Below, one piece after another: positions 45,522-54,767 of a stretch of DNA of 64,000 bases. A model generated the notes under the pieces. The model saw only the letters and a program-made list of their open reading frames with translations. It did no database searches and was not told where the DNA came from. The translations under genes and the position numbers were made by a program. The stretch's first letter is position 1. Every line of letters begins with the position of its first letter. The stretch is from Spirochaetia bacterium (GTDB lineage: Bacteria; Spirochaetota; Spirochaetia; SZUA-6; Bin103): assembly GCA_965203515.1 (NCBI GenBank), contig OZ241907.1:1824001-1888000 (forward strand). Direction: 5' to 3'.

Positions 45522-47432
45522 CTATTCGAACCACACGCCCAGCCACGGGCGGTCGCCGGTCTCCGGATTGATGCCGTGAGCGCCGGGCTGCAGAACCCAC
45601 AGCTCCGGCGGCCAGGCGTGGTGGCCGACGACCCACAGATCGTAGGCCGCGTTCTCCTGCCACCGCCGGTACAACGCCGCCAGCTCCTCGCCGTCGGCGT
45701 TCTTGAGGTCTGCCCAGATCCGGTAGTTCTCCTTGATGCGGTCGGGCGGCTCCTCGCCCTTGGCGCCGCCGGAGGCCAGCCAGTCGTGCCAGTCGATCGC
45801 CCAGGTCGGCTGCTGTCCGGGGAACGAGCCCCCTTCGTGGGTAGGCGCCGCGCACTGCATCGATTCCGGCCAGCGGTGGATCTGCACGTCGCACGACTGC
45901 GCGACCCAGATCTCCCAGGCGCCTTCCTTCTGGATCTGCGGCGCGCCGCCCCAGTCGACGGTGCGCACGTTGCCCTTCAGCCCGATCAGATGGAGCTCTT
46001 CCAGGATGATGTTGGCCGCCGGGATCCACTCGCCTTCGTGCGGATGGACCGTGATGGCAAAGAGGATCGGCCTGCCGTCCGGGCCAAGCCGGAAGCCGTC
46101 GGCGTCGCGGCTGGTCAGCCCCATCTCGTCGAGCAGCGCGTTGGCCTTGTCCAGGTCGCGGTTCAGCCAATCGTAGGTGTGTATCACCGGCGTGTACCAT
46201 CGGTGATTCGAGTCGACGATGCCGCCACCGGTGGCCAGCGGCCGGGCCTGACCCTGATAGACGATGTCGCCGATCTTCTGCCGGGGCACGAAGTACGACC
46301 ACGCCAGCCGGAACCGCCGGTCGCGGAACAGGGAGCGCTTGAACTCGTCCTCAGCGCTCATGTTGAAGGCGGTGATGCCGGAGGACAACCCGTCGTTGCG
46401 CTTGATCCTGATGACGTGCATCTGGATTCGGCCCTTGTCCGCCTCCGCCTTTGCCAGCTCTATCGCGTCCAGCGTCAGGCTCTGCATCGTCACCTCGCCC
46501 GCCAGGGCGCGCAGCTTGCGCGACTCCGCGTCGCCGATCAGGGTGCTGCGCCGGCCCCGCGTGTAGGGGAGTTGCTGGTTCTCCGCGTCGACCACGAAGT
46601 AGTAGGGGTTGGGGGTCCAGGTGGTCGGGTTTGCAGGAACGCCGTTCTTGACCACGAACGGCATCAGCACCGGGATATCCGGGTTGACCGAGCCGTAGTG
46701 ATCCTTGCGGTCGCTCAGCAGGTGCAGCCAGCTCTCCACGCCGGCGGCGTCGACCTTGGCGGCCAGCTCGTTGGCGGCCGCGTGCGCCTCGTGGAACTGG
46801 GACAGGTAGTGCTTGGGATAGCCGCCGATCCAGCGCTCGGAGGACTGACCGAGCAGGTCGCCGTCGTAGCTGGCGTTGGGCTCCGGCAGCGTGATGCGGA
46901 AGGTGTAGTCGTCCGGGTACTCGATCCGCATCCCGTCGACGATGCCGTTCAGCCGCGACCAGCCGGTGGCGGCGAAGTACTCGGGGCGCTGCTGGATGTC
47001 CTCCAGGAAGAACCGCATGTCCTCCGTGTCGTAGGGCACGCCGTCGGACCACTTGAGCCCTTCGCGCATGTCGAAGGTCCAGACCGTGTTGTCGGCGTTG
47101 GCCTCCCAGCCCTCGAAGCTCCACGGCGAGATGTTGCCGTCGTTGTCCTCGCGGCCGGCGCGAGCCTCGCCGGTCAGGCCCTGCGTCTCCTCGATCGATC
47201 CGGCGACGATCTCCACGTAGCGGTCGGAGTATCGGCCGGTCTCGTAGGTGGTGAACTCGTCGTCGGGGCCGATGCGGCGCGGTTCGAGCGGAAGCCGTTC
47301 GGCGACCGGCGGCAACTCGCCGCGCGCCACCATCTCCGCGAACCAGGGCGCCTCCTGATAGTCCTGTGCGACGGCGGCGCTTCCAACGGCGATCAGAAGT
47401 GCGGCCGCCAGCGGCGCTGTGACGTTTCTCAA
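45522..47432 (-). CDS. ABC transporter substrate-binding protein, family 5
   Basis: SD GAGGAGG + TTG 47432; signal peptide; GELPPVAERLP; REGLKWSDG; NPYYFVVD...QQLPY; DADGFRLGPDG. Confidence 0.9.
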   Translation of the reverse strand: MRNVTAPLAAALLIAVGSAAVAQDYQEAPWFAEMVARGELPPVAERLPLEPRRIGPDDEFTTYETGRYSDRYVEIVAGSIEETQGLTGEARAGREDNDGNISPWSFEGWEANADNTVWTFDMREGLKWSDGVPYDTEDMRFFLEDIQQRPEYFAATGWSRLNGIVDGMRIEYPDDYTFRITLPEPNASYDGDLLGQSSERWIGGYPKHYLSQFHEAHAAANELAAKVDAAGVESWLHLLSDRKDHYGSVNPDIPVLMPFVVKNGVPANPTTWTPNPYYFVVDAENQQLPYTRGRRSTLIGDAESRKLRALAGEVTMQSLTLDAIELAKAEADKGRIQMHVIRIKRNDGLSSGITAFNMSAEDEFKRSLFRDRRFRLAWSYFVPRQKIGDIVYQGQARPLATGGGIVDSNHRWYTPVIHTYDWLNRDLDKANALLDEMGLTSRDADGFRLGPDGRPILFAITVHPHEGEWIPAANIILEELHLIGLKGNVRTVDWGGAPQIQKEGAWEIWVAQSCDVQIHRWPESMQCAAPTHEGGSFPGQQPTWAIDWHDWLASGGAKGEEPPDRIKENYRIWADLKNADGEELAALYRRWQENAAYDLWVVGHHAWPPELWVLQPGAHGINPETGDRPWLGVWFE

Positions 47433-47514
47433 GGTCCCATCCTCCTCTGTCGGTGAGGGTTGCGACCCATTCAACCACCGCGGGCGCCTGCCTGCAAGCA
47501 CGGCGGCGGGCGAG

Positions 47515-48426
47515 CTACGGCGGCAGGATGGTGACCGCGCGCGACCGGTTCAGGAACCCCGGACCGGCGACGTACTGCACCGCGCCGTCGTGGATGCGGC
47601 AGGCGCCGGAGACGTGGACGTGACCGCACAGCACGGCGATCAGGTTGGGGGCGGCGAGCAGCCGGTCGACGAATTCCTCGGTGCTGGGCAGGTTGCCGGA
47701 CGTGCGGGCGCGCTCCCGGCCGGGGAGGCGCCGGTCGATGTCCGCCGGCGAACCGGACTCCGGGTCGCCGCACAGCGGAATGGGAGCCCCCGACGAGGGC
47801 GGCGGCGCGCAGTGCAGGGCGGAATCGGCGGGCAGCCGAAACGGGATGTGGACCAGCAGCACGACCGGCAGATCGCCGGCGAGACGGTCCTCGAAGAAGG
47901 CGATCTGCTCCGGGTCGACCTGTCGCGTGCTGTTGTCGATCGCCACGAAGCGCACGCCGCCCAGATCGAGCGAATCGGCATGGGGCGCCCGGCCGCGGTA
48001 GAGCGGCAGCAGCGATCGTTCGCGCCACTCGCGGCGCAGGTCCGCCGCGCTTCCCGGCAGGCCGGACCAGCTCCAGTCGTGGTTGCCGGCGGTGAACATG
48101 CTGGCGCGTCCGGCGGACCGCAGGAGGCGCTCGACCGCGGCCACCGCGGTGGGCGACGGGTAGTTGACGTGGTCGCCGGTGAGCGCGATCAGATCGTGCC
48201 GCTCGACCCGCGCGCGCTCCATCTGCGCCGCGAACGAATCCAGGGTCGGATAGTCGGCGAACAGCCCGTCCATCCGCCCGCCGTAGCGGGCGTACGGCCG
48301 GTCGACCTCCTCGTGCGGGACGCTGATATGGGAGTCGGTCACGTGCAGCACGCGCAACGGCCGGTCGATGCCGGCCACCCTGATCGTCGCCGCGTCCTCG
48401 GTCCACGCATGCGTGCTACGGGTCAT
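47515..48426 (-). CDS. Calcineurin-like metallophosphoesterase
   Basis: HVTDSH; LTGD; GNHD; VHIP; CGHVH; ATGA coupling. Confidence 0.88.
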   Translation of the reverse strand: MTRSTHAWTEDAATIRVAGIDRPLRVLHVTDSHISVPHEEVDRPYARYGGRMDGLFADYPTLDSFAAQMERARVERHDLIALTGDHVNYPSPTAVAAVERLLRSAGRASMFTAGNHDWSWSGLPGSAADLRREWRERSLLPLYRGRAPHADSLDLGGVRFVAIDNSTRQVDPEQIAFFEDRLAGDLPVVLLVHIPFRLPADSALHCAPPPSSGAPIPLCGDPESGSPADIDRRLPGRERARTSGNLPSTEEFVDRLLAAPNLIAVLCGHVHVSGACRIHDGAVQYVAGPGFLNRSRAVTILPP

Positions 48427-50399
48427 GGTGAGGCCGCACGGAACCACACCTCCCAGAGATGGTTCCCGGCCAGGTACTGACCCGTCCTGATGTGGGAGAT
48501 CTCGTAGTCAAAGGCCACGACCGCGGCGCACCGGCCGTTCAGGAGCGTGCCGTGCGCGCCGAAGTCGAAGTCGAGGTTGGCGAAGGCGTACCGCCGGTCC
48601 GGCAGGTCGGCGGGATCCGACGGCACGACGTGCAGAAAGAACCGCGCCGTTACGTCGTCCGTTGCGCACGGCTCCTTGAAGTACGTCAACGTGTCGTCGT
48701 CGTCGTCGAAGTAGAGGTCGAAGACCGAGCGCGCGGCGAGTCGTACCGAGTCTCCGGCGACGATCGCCTCGAAATCGCCGGCGACGATAGCAGCGATCCG
48801 CCGTCGTTCGGCGGAGTCCTTGACCACCACGAAGACCGTGCCGTCGGCCAGCTCCGCGACCGGCACCAGGCCGAACAATGCGCGCAGCCGGGCAAGGTCA
48901 TAGCCGGAGTCCCGGCTGTCGTCGTCGAACCACACGACGTACTCGTAGTCCTGAGGAACGCGATGCCAGCGCTGCAACTCCTCGTCCCAGACCGGCGGAT
49001 AGTCGTAACTGGCGGTCGCGTCGTCAGTATGGAGATACAGGACGACGGGCATGTTGCTGCGCACTACGCCCTCGATCGGGTGCTGCCGCACGTATTTCAC
49101 CGTCTCGGAATCGGCCCAGCGTCGTAAGTAGCCGCGGCAATAGTCGCAGGAGTTGTCGCGCACAATTTCGCGGGCCCCCGGCTCGACTGCCCCGACCATA
49201 CAGACGCACAGCGCCGCGATGACGACGGCGCCGGCCACTCTCGGCGGTACTCGTCCGAGAAGCGGAAGCGAATGCTGCCGCACGGAGCTGAGCAGGCGAT
49301 CCAGCGCGAACGCGGCGGTGACCAGCAGCGGCACGTACATCGGCGTCAGGAATCGGGGCTGAAACCCGTGGAAGGTAGCGCCCAGCATGACCGCCGCCGA
49401 GGTCAGCATGAGATAGATCAGCGCAAAGCCGCCGAACACGTAGCAGGGGCGCCAATCGAACGGCATCCGCGGCATGCTCCGGCGCGTTGCTGCGCCGATG
49501 ACGATGAACGCCCCGCCTACCGCCAGCAGCCCGGCGGCCGGTACCAGTCGAAGCCACTCGACGGACGGGACCAGCGGAAGGTCGAAGTACACCCAGTCCG
49601 CAAACCCGCGGCCGAGGTCGCTCAGGACCTCCGGCAACGAATAGGGAGCGGCGTTTCGGGGACCGGTGGCGCTCCCGGCGTACAGGAGGTTGCGCGCCAG
49701 CCACAACGCCATCGGCGCCGCGGCGGCCAGCGCGAAACCGGCGGCGCGCCGCGCGCGTTGCGCCGGCCGCGCGCCGCGCTGGCAGAGCAGGAGCAGTACG
49801 ACCGCGGCGACTACCGCCGCGCCCAGGTAGCGGGTCTGCCACGCCAGCGCCGCGCACACCGCCGCCCACGCCAGCGACGAAGTCTTGTTGCCGGTCAGGT
49901 AGTCGTCGGTGCGGATCAGAGCGAGCGTGGCCAGCAGGATGAACAGCGGCTCGGTCAACGCCCACGACGCCGACTGCGCCAGCGGAGCGGCCAGGGCGAG
50001 GGAGAGAGCGGCCCATACCACCAGGAAGCGCGATTCGAGGCGCCGCCGCAGGTACTGGGCGACGACGAATATGGTGAGGCCGAAGATGACGGCGTTTACC
50101 GGTCCGGCGACGGCGAGCGGGTCGAATACGTCCAGGCTGGCAACGGCCAGCAGCAGCGGGTAGAGCGGCGGCCAGGAGACGTACGGGGCCCCATTGAACA
50201 GGTGGAAGCCGTTGCCAGCCAGCAGGTTGCGGGCTGCGGCGAGGTAGACGCTGGAGTCCCAGTGCAACGCCACGCCCCAGGTGACTTCGCGCGCCAGGAC
50301 GAGGCCGGCGCCGAGTGCGGCCACGGCGCCCGGAAGCAGCGCCCCCCCCCCCCCGGAGGGATTACCGCCTCGATGACATGATGATGCAACAGCCGACAT
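48423..50399 (-). CDS. GT-C (ArnT/PMT, GT39-like) membrane glycosyltransferase with soluble C-terminal domain
   Basis: WDSSVY..AARNL..G.G; WPPLYP; LTEPLF; TRYLG; PRFLTP.Y; many TM segments. Confidence 0.75.
   Translation of the reverse strand: MSAVASSCHRGGNPSGGGGALLPGAVAALGAGLVLAREVTWGVALHWDSSVYLAAARNLLAGNGFHLFNGAPYVSWPPLYPLLLAVASLDVFDPLAVAGPVNAVIFGLTIFVVAQYLRRRLESRFLVVWAALSLALAAPLAQSASWALTEPLFILLATLALIRTDDYLTGNKTSSLAWAAVCAALAWQTRYLGAAVVAAVVLLLLCQRGARPAQRARRAAGFALAAAAPMALWLARNLLYAGSATGPRNAAPYSLPEVLSDLGRGFADWVYFDLPLVPSVEWLRLVPAAGLLAVGGAFIVIGAATRRSMPRMPFDWRPCYVFGGFALIYLMLTSAAVMLGATFHGFQPRFLTPMYVPLLVTAAFALDRLLSSVRQHSLPLLGRVPPRVAGAVVIAALCVCMVGAVEPGAREIVRDNSCDYCRGYLRRWADSETVKYVRQHPIEGVVRSNMPVVLYLHTDDATASYDYPPVWDEELQRWHRVPQDYEYVVWFDDDSRDSGYDLARLRALFGLVPVAELADGTVFVVVKDSAERRRIAAIVAGDFEAIVAGDSVRLAARSVFDLYFDDDDDTLTYFKEPCATDDVTARFFLHVVPSDPADLPDRRYAFANLDFDFGAHGTLLNGRCAAVVAFDYEISHIRTGQYLAGNHLWEVWFRAASP
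50342..50354 (-). repeat. G13 homopolymer within the 5' coding region of the glycosyltransferase
   Basis: 13 consecutive C on + strand. Confidence 0.95.
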
Positions 50400-51150
50400 G
50401 ATCTTCTTCCCAAGTACAATAGCGCATGGGCGCGGAGCCGGTCGAGTCGCGGCCGCCGTCGCGCTGATCCTCGGCGCGCGCATGGCCGCCGGCGCGGGGC
50501 TCCTGGAGGGAGGCGCGGTCGGGCAGCGCGTCGAGCTGGCCGGGGTCGAGACGGTCGAGATCGATGCCGCGCACTTCACGGTCGAGGTGCTCGGCGAGCG
50601 CGGCCCGGACACGGTCATCGTCGTCAGCCGGATGTCCGCACGCTTCCAACGGTTTCACGGCGGCCGGATCGTCGTGGAACGGGACGGCGCCGCCGCTTTT
50701 CTTGCGGTCCGGTACGACGGGCGTCCGCTGTCGCAGGCCGCGGTGACGTGGGGGCCGCGGCTGCTCCTGCAGGTGCCGGCGCGCACCGCCCTGACGGTCA
50801 CCACCACGGCGGGCGACGTGCGCATCCATGACGTGGCTGCGCCGGCCGTGACGATCGTCACGACGGCGGGCGACATCTACCTCAGCGACGTCACGGCCGC
50901 GGTCGACATCACCGCCCGCGCCGGCTTCATCGTGCTGGAGCGGGTCCACGGCCCCAAGCGCATCACCGCCGGCGCCGGCTCGATCGCGGTGGCCGATGCG
51001 CGCGGACCGCTCTTCACCGACACCGGCGGCACCCAGCGCCTGCGCCGCATAGACGGCGACGTCAGCGTCGCCTCCGCGGAGGGGCTCACGCTGAGCGGCC
51101 ATCGCGGCGCCCTCACCATCCGCAATGCGCCGGGGATGCCCGACCCGTAG
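50398..51150 (+). CDS. DUF4097-like beta-strand repeat protein (paralog of 6620); start ambiguous
   Basis: Shared AG(V/L)LEG, V.WGP.L.L.VP, TT.GDV repeats, K.IT..AG.I. Confidence 0.65.
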   Translation: MIFFPSTIAHGRGAGRVAAAVALILGARMAAGAGLLEGGAVGQRVELAGVETVEIDAAHFTVEVLGERGPDTVIVVSRMSARFQRFHGGRIVVERDGAAAFLAVRYDGRPLSQAAVTWGPRLLLQVPARTALTVTTTAGDVRIHDVAAPAVTIVTTAGDIYLSDVTAAVDITARAGFIVLERVHGPKRITAGAGSIAVADARGPLFTDTGGTQRLRRIDGDVSVASAEGLTLSGHRGALTIRNAPGMPDP

Positions 51151-51151
51151 C

Positions 51152-52705
51152 CTATACCGCGTAGGCGAACACCTTGGCCTGGAACAGGCGCAGGCGGATG
51201 CCGACCATCTCCCCGACCGGCGAGATGTCGCTGCGGCCGTTCCAGGTGACCACCGCGTCTTCGACGTCGCCGGTGAGCCGGCCGCAGTCGGCGAACGTGA
51301 ATCCGGCAACCGGCTCCACGTCGGCGTGGATGCGCGACGGCACCGCGTACAACAGCTCGACCGAAACCCAGCCGCCCGGCCGGCAGCGGTAGTTGAGCCG
51401 CAGATCGCCGCGCGTGCGGTACACGGTCGGGATCGTGAAGCGGCCCTCGACCGCCGCCTCCACCCCGCACAGGCGGTGCGGGCGCCACGACGCCCAGCGC
51501 AGCTCGGCCGGCAGCGCGCCGGCGGGCCGGCCGGCGTTGTGCAGCCACGATGAGCCGCCGTAGAGCGATCCCCAGGAGCCGTCGGACAACTCGATCAGCC
51601 CGCTGCCCCATGAGTACGCCATGCCGCTGTCGCCTTCGCCCGGCGCGCCGACCGGGATGATCGGGCGCCGCTCGGGCCGGTGCCAGAACAGGCCGTCGCG
51701 GCTGAAGGCGATCTGGCTGTCCACGTGGTCGGTCGCCTGGTGGTAGACCTGGATCAGCATGCCGTGCATGTCGTCCCGGCCGGGGTAGGGGAAGTAGTCG
51801 CAGCCGTAGAAGGAGACGTCCAGATCGTCCTGGCCGTCCGGCGCCAGGATCAGCTTGGGCGGCGGCCACGAGCGGAAGTCGCGGGTGCGGGTCAGGCCGA
51901 TGGCGCGCCGCACCACGCCGACCTCGGCGGACCCGGCGCCGATCCCCGGCGCCGCGCCGGCCGGCAGCTCCATGCCGTGCACGCGGCAGTAGGCAAAGTA
52001 GTGTCCGGTGGCCGCGTCGTAGCCCGCGGACAGGCCGCCGTCCATGGGAAACGGCGCGATCGGTTCGCGGAGCGCCCGCCACCGCCGGCGATCGGGAGAT
52101 GTCCAGCCGATGGCGACGCCGCGCAACTCGACCCGCGGGCCGCGATACGCCGGCCCCTGGTACTCCTGCGCCTCCCAGCGGCGGACCGCCTCCTCGTTGG
52201 CGCCTTCCTCGCCGCCCGAATCCATGCGCGCGCCGGTGTCGGGGTCGTACCAGCCGCCCTCGCAGCCCATCCCCTTGTACCGCTCGCCCGGCGGCGCGGT
52301 CGGATCCTCGAACACCGCCTTGAGCCGGTCGCCGCCCCGCTCGGTCACCGCCGCGACCTGCCGCCAGCGATGACCGTCGTCGCTGCGGACCAGGACGATG
52401 CTGCCGTTCGCGTCGTGCAGCAGGTGCAGCGCGCCGTCCTCGCGCCACGCGCGGACCGGTTTCAGGTGATCCTCGCCCGCCGCTCCGTCGATCGCGAGCG
52501 GAGCGCTCTTGGCCGCCCGCTCGACGCGCAGGCGCACCCCGACCGGCGCGTCGTACAACTCGAACGCGCCGGCCCGGTTCACGCTCCGGTTGCCGGTATG
52601 TATCTCCCGGGTGTCGGCGATCGGCGTCCAGCCGCCCGGGTTGGGCCGGGGGCGCACCCAGTCGCCGGGGTAGTAGCCCCCGCGGGGGCGTCGTGTGCGA
52701 TCCAT
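51152..52705 (-). CDS. Uncharacterised GH-like beta-propeller protein (paralog)
   Basis: SDDGHRW; DPTAPPGERYK; SFYG; QIAFSRDGLFW; GFTFADC..LTGD...W.GRSDIS..IRLRL..AKVFAY. Confidence 0.7.
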   Translation of the reverse strand: MDRTRRPRGGYYPGDWVRPRPNPGGWTPIADTREIHTGNRSVNRAGAFELYDAPVGVRLRVERAAKSAPLAIDGAAGEDHLKPVRAWREDGALHLLHDANGSIVLVRSDDGHRWRQVAAVTERGGDRLKAVFEDPTAPPGERYKGMGCEGGWYDPDTGARMDSGGEEGANEEAVRRWEAQEYQGPAYRGPRVELRGVAIGWTSPDRRRWRALREPIAPFPMDGGLSAGYDAATGHYFAYCRVHGMELPAGAAPGIGAGSAEVGVVRRAIGLTRTRDFRSWPPPKLILAPDGQDDLDVSFYGCDYFPYPGRDDMHGMLIQVYHQATDHVDSQIAFSRDGLFWHRPERRPIIPVGAPGEGDSGMAYSWGSGLIELSDGSWGSLYGGSSWLHNAGRPAGALPAELRWASWRPHRLCGVEAAVEGRFTIPTVYRTRGDLRLNYRCRPGGWVSVELLYAVPSRIHADVEPVAGFTFADCGRLTGDVEDAVVTWNGRSDISPVGEMVGIRLRLFQAKVFAYAV

Positions 52706-52821
52706 GCCGCGAGCTTAGCCGATCGCCCGGCCCGGCGGCGTCTTGACGCGGGCGCGGCGTTCTGTGGAAGATCGGAGCCGACGTCGGGGAGTCCCGCGAC
52801 GCACCCGACCCAGGAGGAACC

Positions 52822-54702
52822 ATGAAGAGACTCATCGGGCTGATCGCGGGCTTCGCCATCGGCGCGGGCGCGTACGCCCAGTACGTCGAAGCTCCCTGGT
52901 TCGCGGAGCGGGTGGCGCGCGGCGAGCTGCCGCCGATCGAGGAGCGGCTCCCGGTCGAGCCTCTGGTGCTGGCGCCGGACCTCGGGTACGCCTTCCCGGC
53001 CGGAGGACGGCACACCGAAGGGTCGTACGATCGCAGTACCGTCGACATCCCCAACGTCCAGGGGCTGACCAGTACGCCGTTCAGCGTGCACCGGTTCGAG
53101 ACCCGGCTGCTGCCGTGGGCCTGGAAGGATTGGGAAGGCTCCGACGACCACATGACCTGGACGTTCTACCTGCGCGAAGGCATGAAGTGGTCCGACGGCG
53201 ACGACTACACGGCCGACGACATCCTGTTCTGGTTCGAGAACGTGCAGGGCGACAGCGGCGCCGCGTTGCAGTACCGGGAAGCGGGCGCCCTGAACCGGAA
53301 CGCCGTGGCGGACGCCACCGAACGCCTGGAGAAGGTCGACGACTACACGCTGCGCTTCCACCTCAAGGCGCCGGACCCGCGCTTCGAGTGGCTGGTCGGA
53401 CAGCGCTCGGAACGCGAGCTGCTGAACGTCGACTCCCACTACCTGCCGCAGTTCCATCCGGCGGGCGGCGACGCCGCGGCGCTGGCCGCCAAGGTCGCGG
53501 CCGGCGAGCTCGACACGTGGATGCAACTCTTCGAAGACCGGCGCGACCGCATGGGCAATACCAACCCCGACAAGCCGCATCTGATGCCGTGGGGTCCGTT
53601 GAACCCGCCGCCGGCCATCCCGGCGGTCTTCACCGCCAACCCGTACAACTGGGCGGTCGACGACCGCGGCCAGCAGCTCCCCTATCTGGAGACGCAGCGC
53701 TACTTCCTGGTCTCCGACGGCGAGGCGCAGAAGCTCCGCCTGCTGTCCGGCGCCGACAGTTGGGGGATCATCCAGACCCTGGAGTCCCTGCCGCTGGCCA
53801 AGCGGGCGCAGGAAGACGGCAAGATCATGTTCCAGCTCACCCCAAGGGGCGACGCCTACAAGTCGACGGTGACGCTCTTCAACATGAACGCGCAGGAGGA
53901 GTGGAAGCGGGAGTTGTTCCGCGACGTGCGCTTCCGCACCGCGTACTCGCTGTTCATCCCGCGGCGCAAGATCGCCGACATCATGTATGCCGGCGCGCCG
54001 TTGCCGACGCTGGGCGGCTTCATGTACGAGACCGACCATCCGTGGTACGAGCCGGCGCTGGGCGAGTCGCCGCTGATCGAACGCGACCTGGACCGCGCCA
54101 ACGCGCTGCTGGACGAGCTGCTGCCGAACAAGGACGCCGACGGCTTCCGCCTCGGACCCGACGGCAGCCCGGTCACCTTCTTCCTGGCGACCGTCACCCA
54201 CGAGGAGTGGGAGCAGGCCGCCAACATCATCATGGAGGACCTGCACCTGATCGGCTTCAAGGCCAACCACCGCGCCACCGCGTGGGGCGGCTGGGGCGCC
54301 TTCGTCCAATCGATGGAGTGGGACGTCATCGTCGACCAGAGCACCGAGGGCTGGAAGAGCCAGCTCCCCGAGCGGCAGTCGCTGATCGTTCCCACCGGAC
54401 GCTTCGGACCCAACTGGGGCTACCTGTGGTGGCAGTGGCTTGACACCGACGGCCAGAAGGGCGAGGAACCGCCGCAGGAGATCAAGGACAACTGGGACCT
54501 CTACCACCGGATGCTCCGGGAGGCGGACGACGACCGGCTGACCGAGCTGACGCACGAGTGGTACCGCCGCCAGGCGGAGCAGGTCTGGACGCTTCCGCAC
54601 CTCACCTTCCCGCCCGAGTTCGACGTGTGGCAGCCCGACTTCAAGGGCGTCCACCCCAGGACCGGCCGGCCGTTCGAGTTCGGCGGCATGTGGTACGAGT
54701 AG
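52822..54702 (+). CDS. ABC transporter substrate-binding protein, family 5 (orphan paralog)
   Basis: SD AGGAGG; signal peptide; GELPPIEERLP; REGMKWSDG; NPYNWAVD..GQQLPY. Confidence 0.9.
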   Translation: MKRLIGLIAGFAIGAGAYAQYVEAPWFAERVARGELPPIEERLPVEPLVLAPDLGYAFPAGGRHTEGSYDRSTVDIPNVQGLTSTPFSVHRFETRLLPWAWKDWEGSDDHMTWTFYLREGMKWSDGDDYTADDILFWFENVQGDSGAALQYREAGALNRNAVADATERLEKVDDYTLRFHLKAPDPRFEWLVGQRSERELLNVDSHYLPQFHPAGGDAAALAAKVAAGELDTWMQLFEDRRDRMGNTNPDKPHLMPWGPLNPPPAIPAVFTANPYNWAVDDRGQQLPYLETQRYFLVSDGEAQKLRLLSGADSWGIIQTLESLPLAKRAQEDGKIMFQLTPRGDAYKSTVTLFNMNAQEEWKRELFRDVRFRTAYSLFIPRRKIADIMYAGAPLPTLGGFMYETDHPWYEPALGESPLIERDLDRANALLDELLPNKDADGFRLGPDGSPVTFFLATVTHEEWEQAANIIMEDLHLIGFKANHRATAWGGWGAFVQSMEWDVIVDQSTEGWKSQLPERQSLIVPTGRFGPNWGYLWWQWLDTDGQKGEEPPQEIKDNWDLYHRMLREADDDRLTELTHEWYRRQAEQVWTLPHLTFPPEFDVWQPDFKGVHPRTGRPFEFGGMWYE

Positions 54703-54724
54703 CCGGCGCTGACCGTGCACACGA

Positions 54725-54756
54725 GGAGGGCATCCCGCGCCGCCGGGATGCCCTCC
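54725..54756 (+). terminator. Stem-loop downstream of binding-protein gene
   Basis: Perfect 13-bp inverted repeat ggagggcatcccg-N6-cgggatgccctcc; no strong U tract. Confidence 0.65.
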
Positions 54757-54767
54757 ATGCTATCGGT

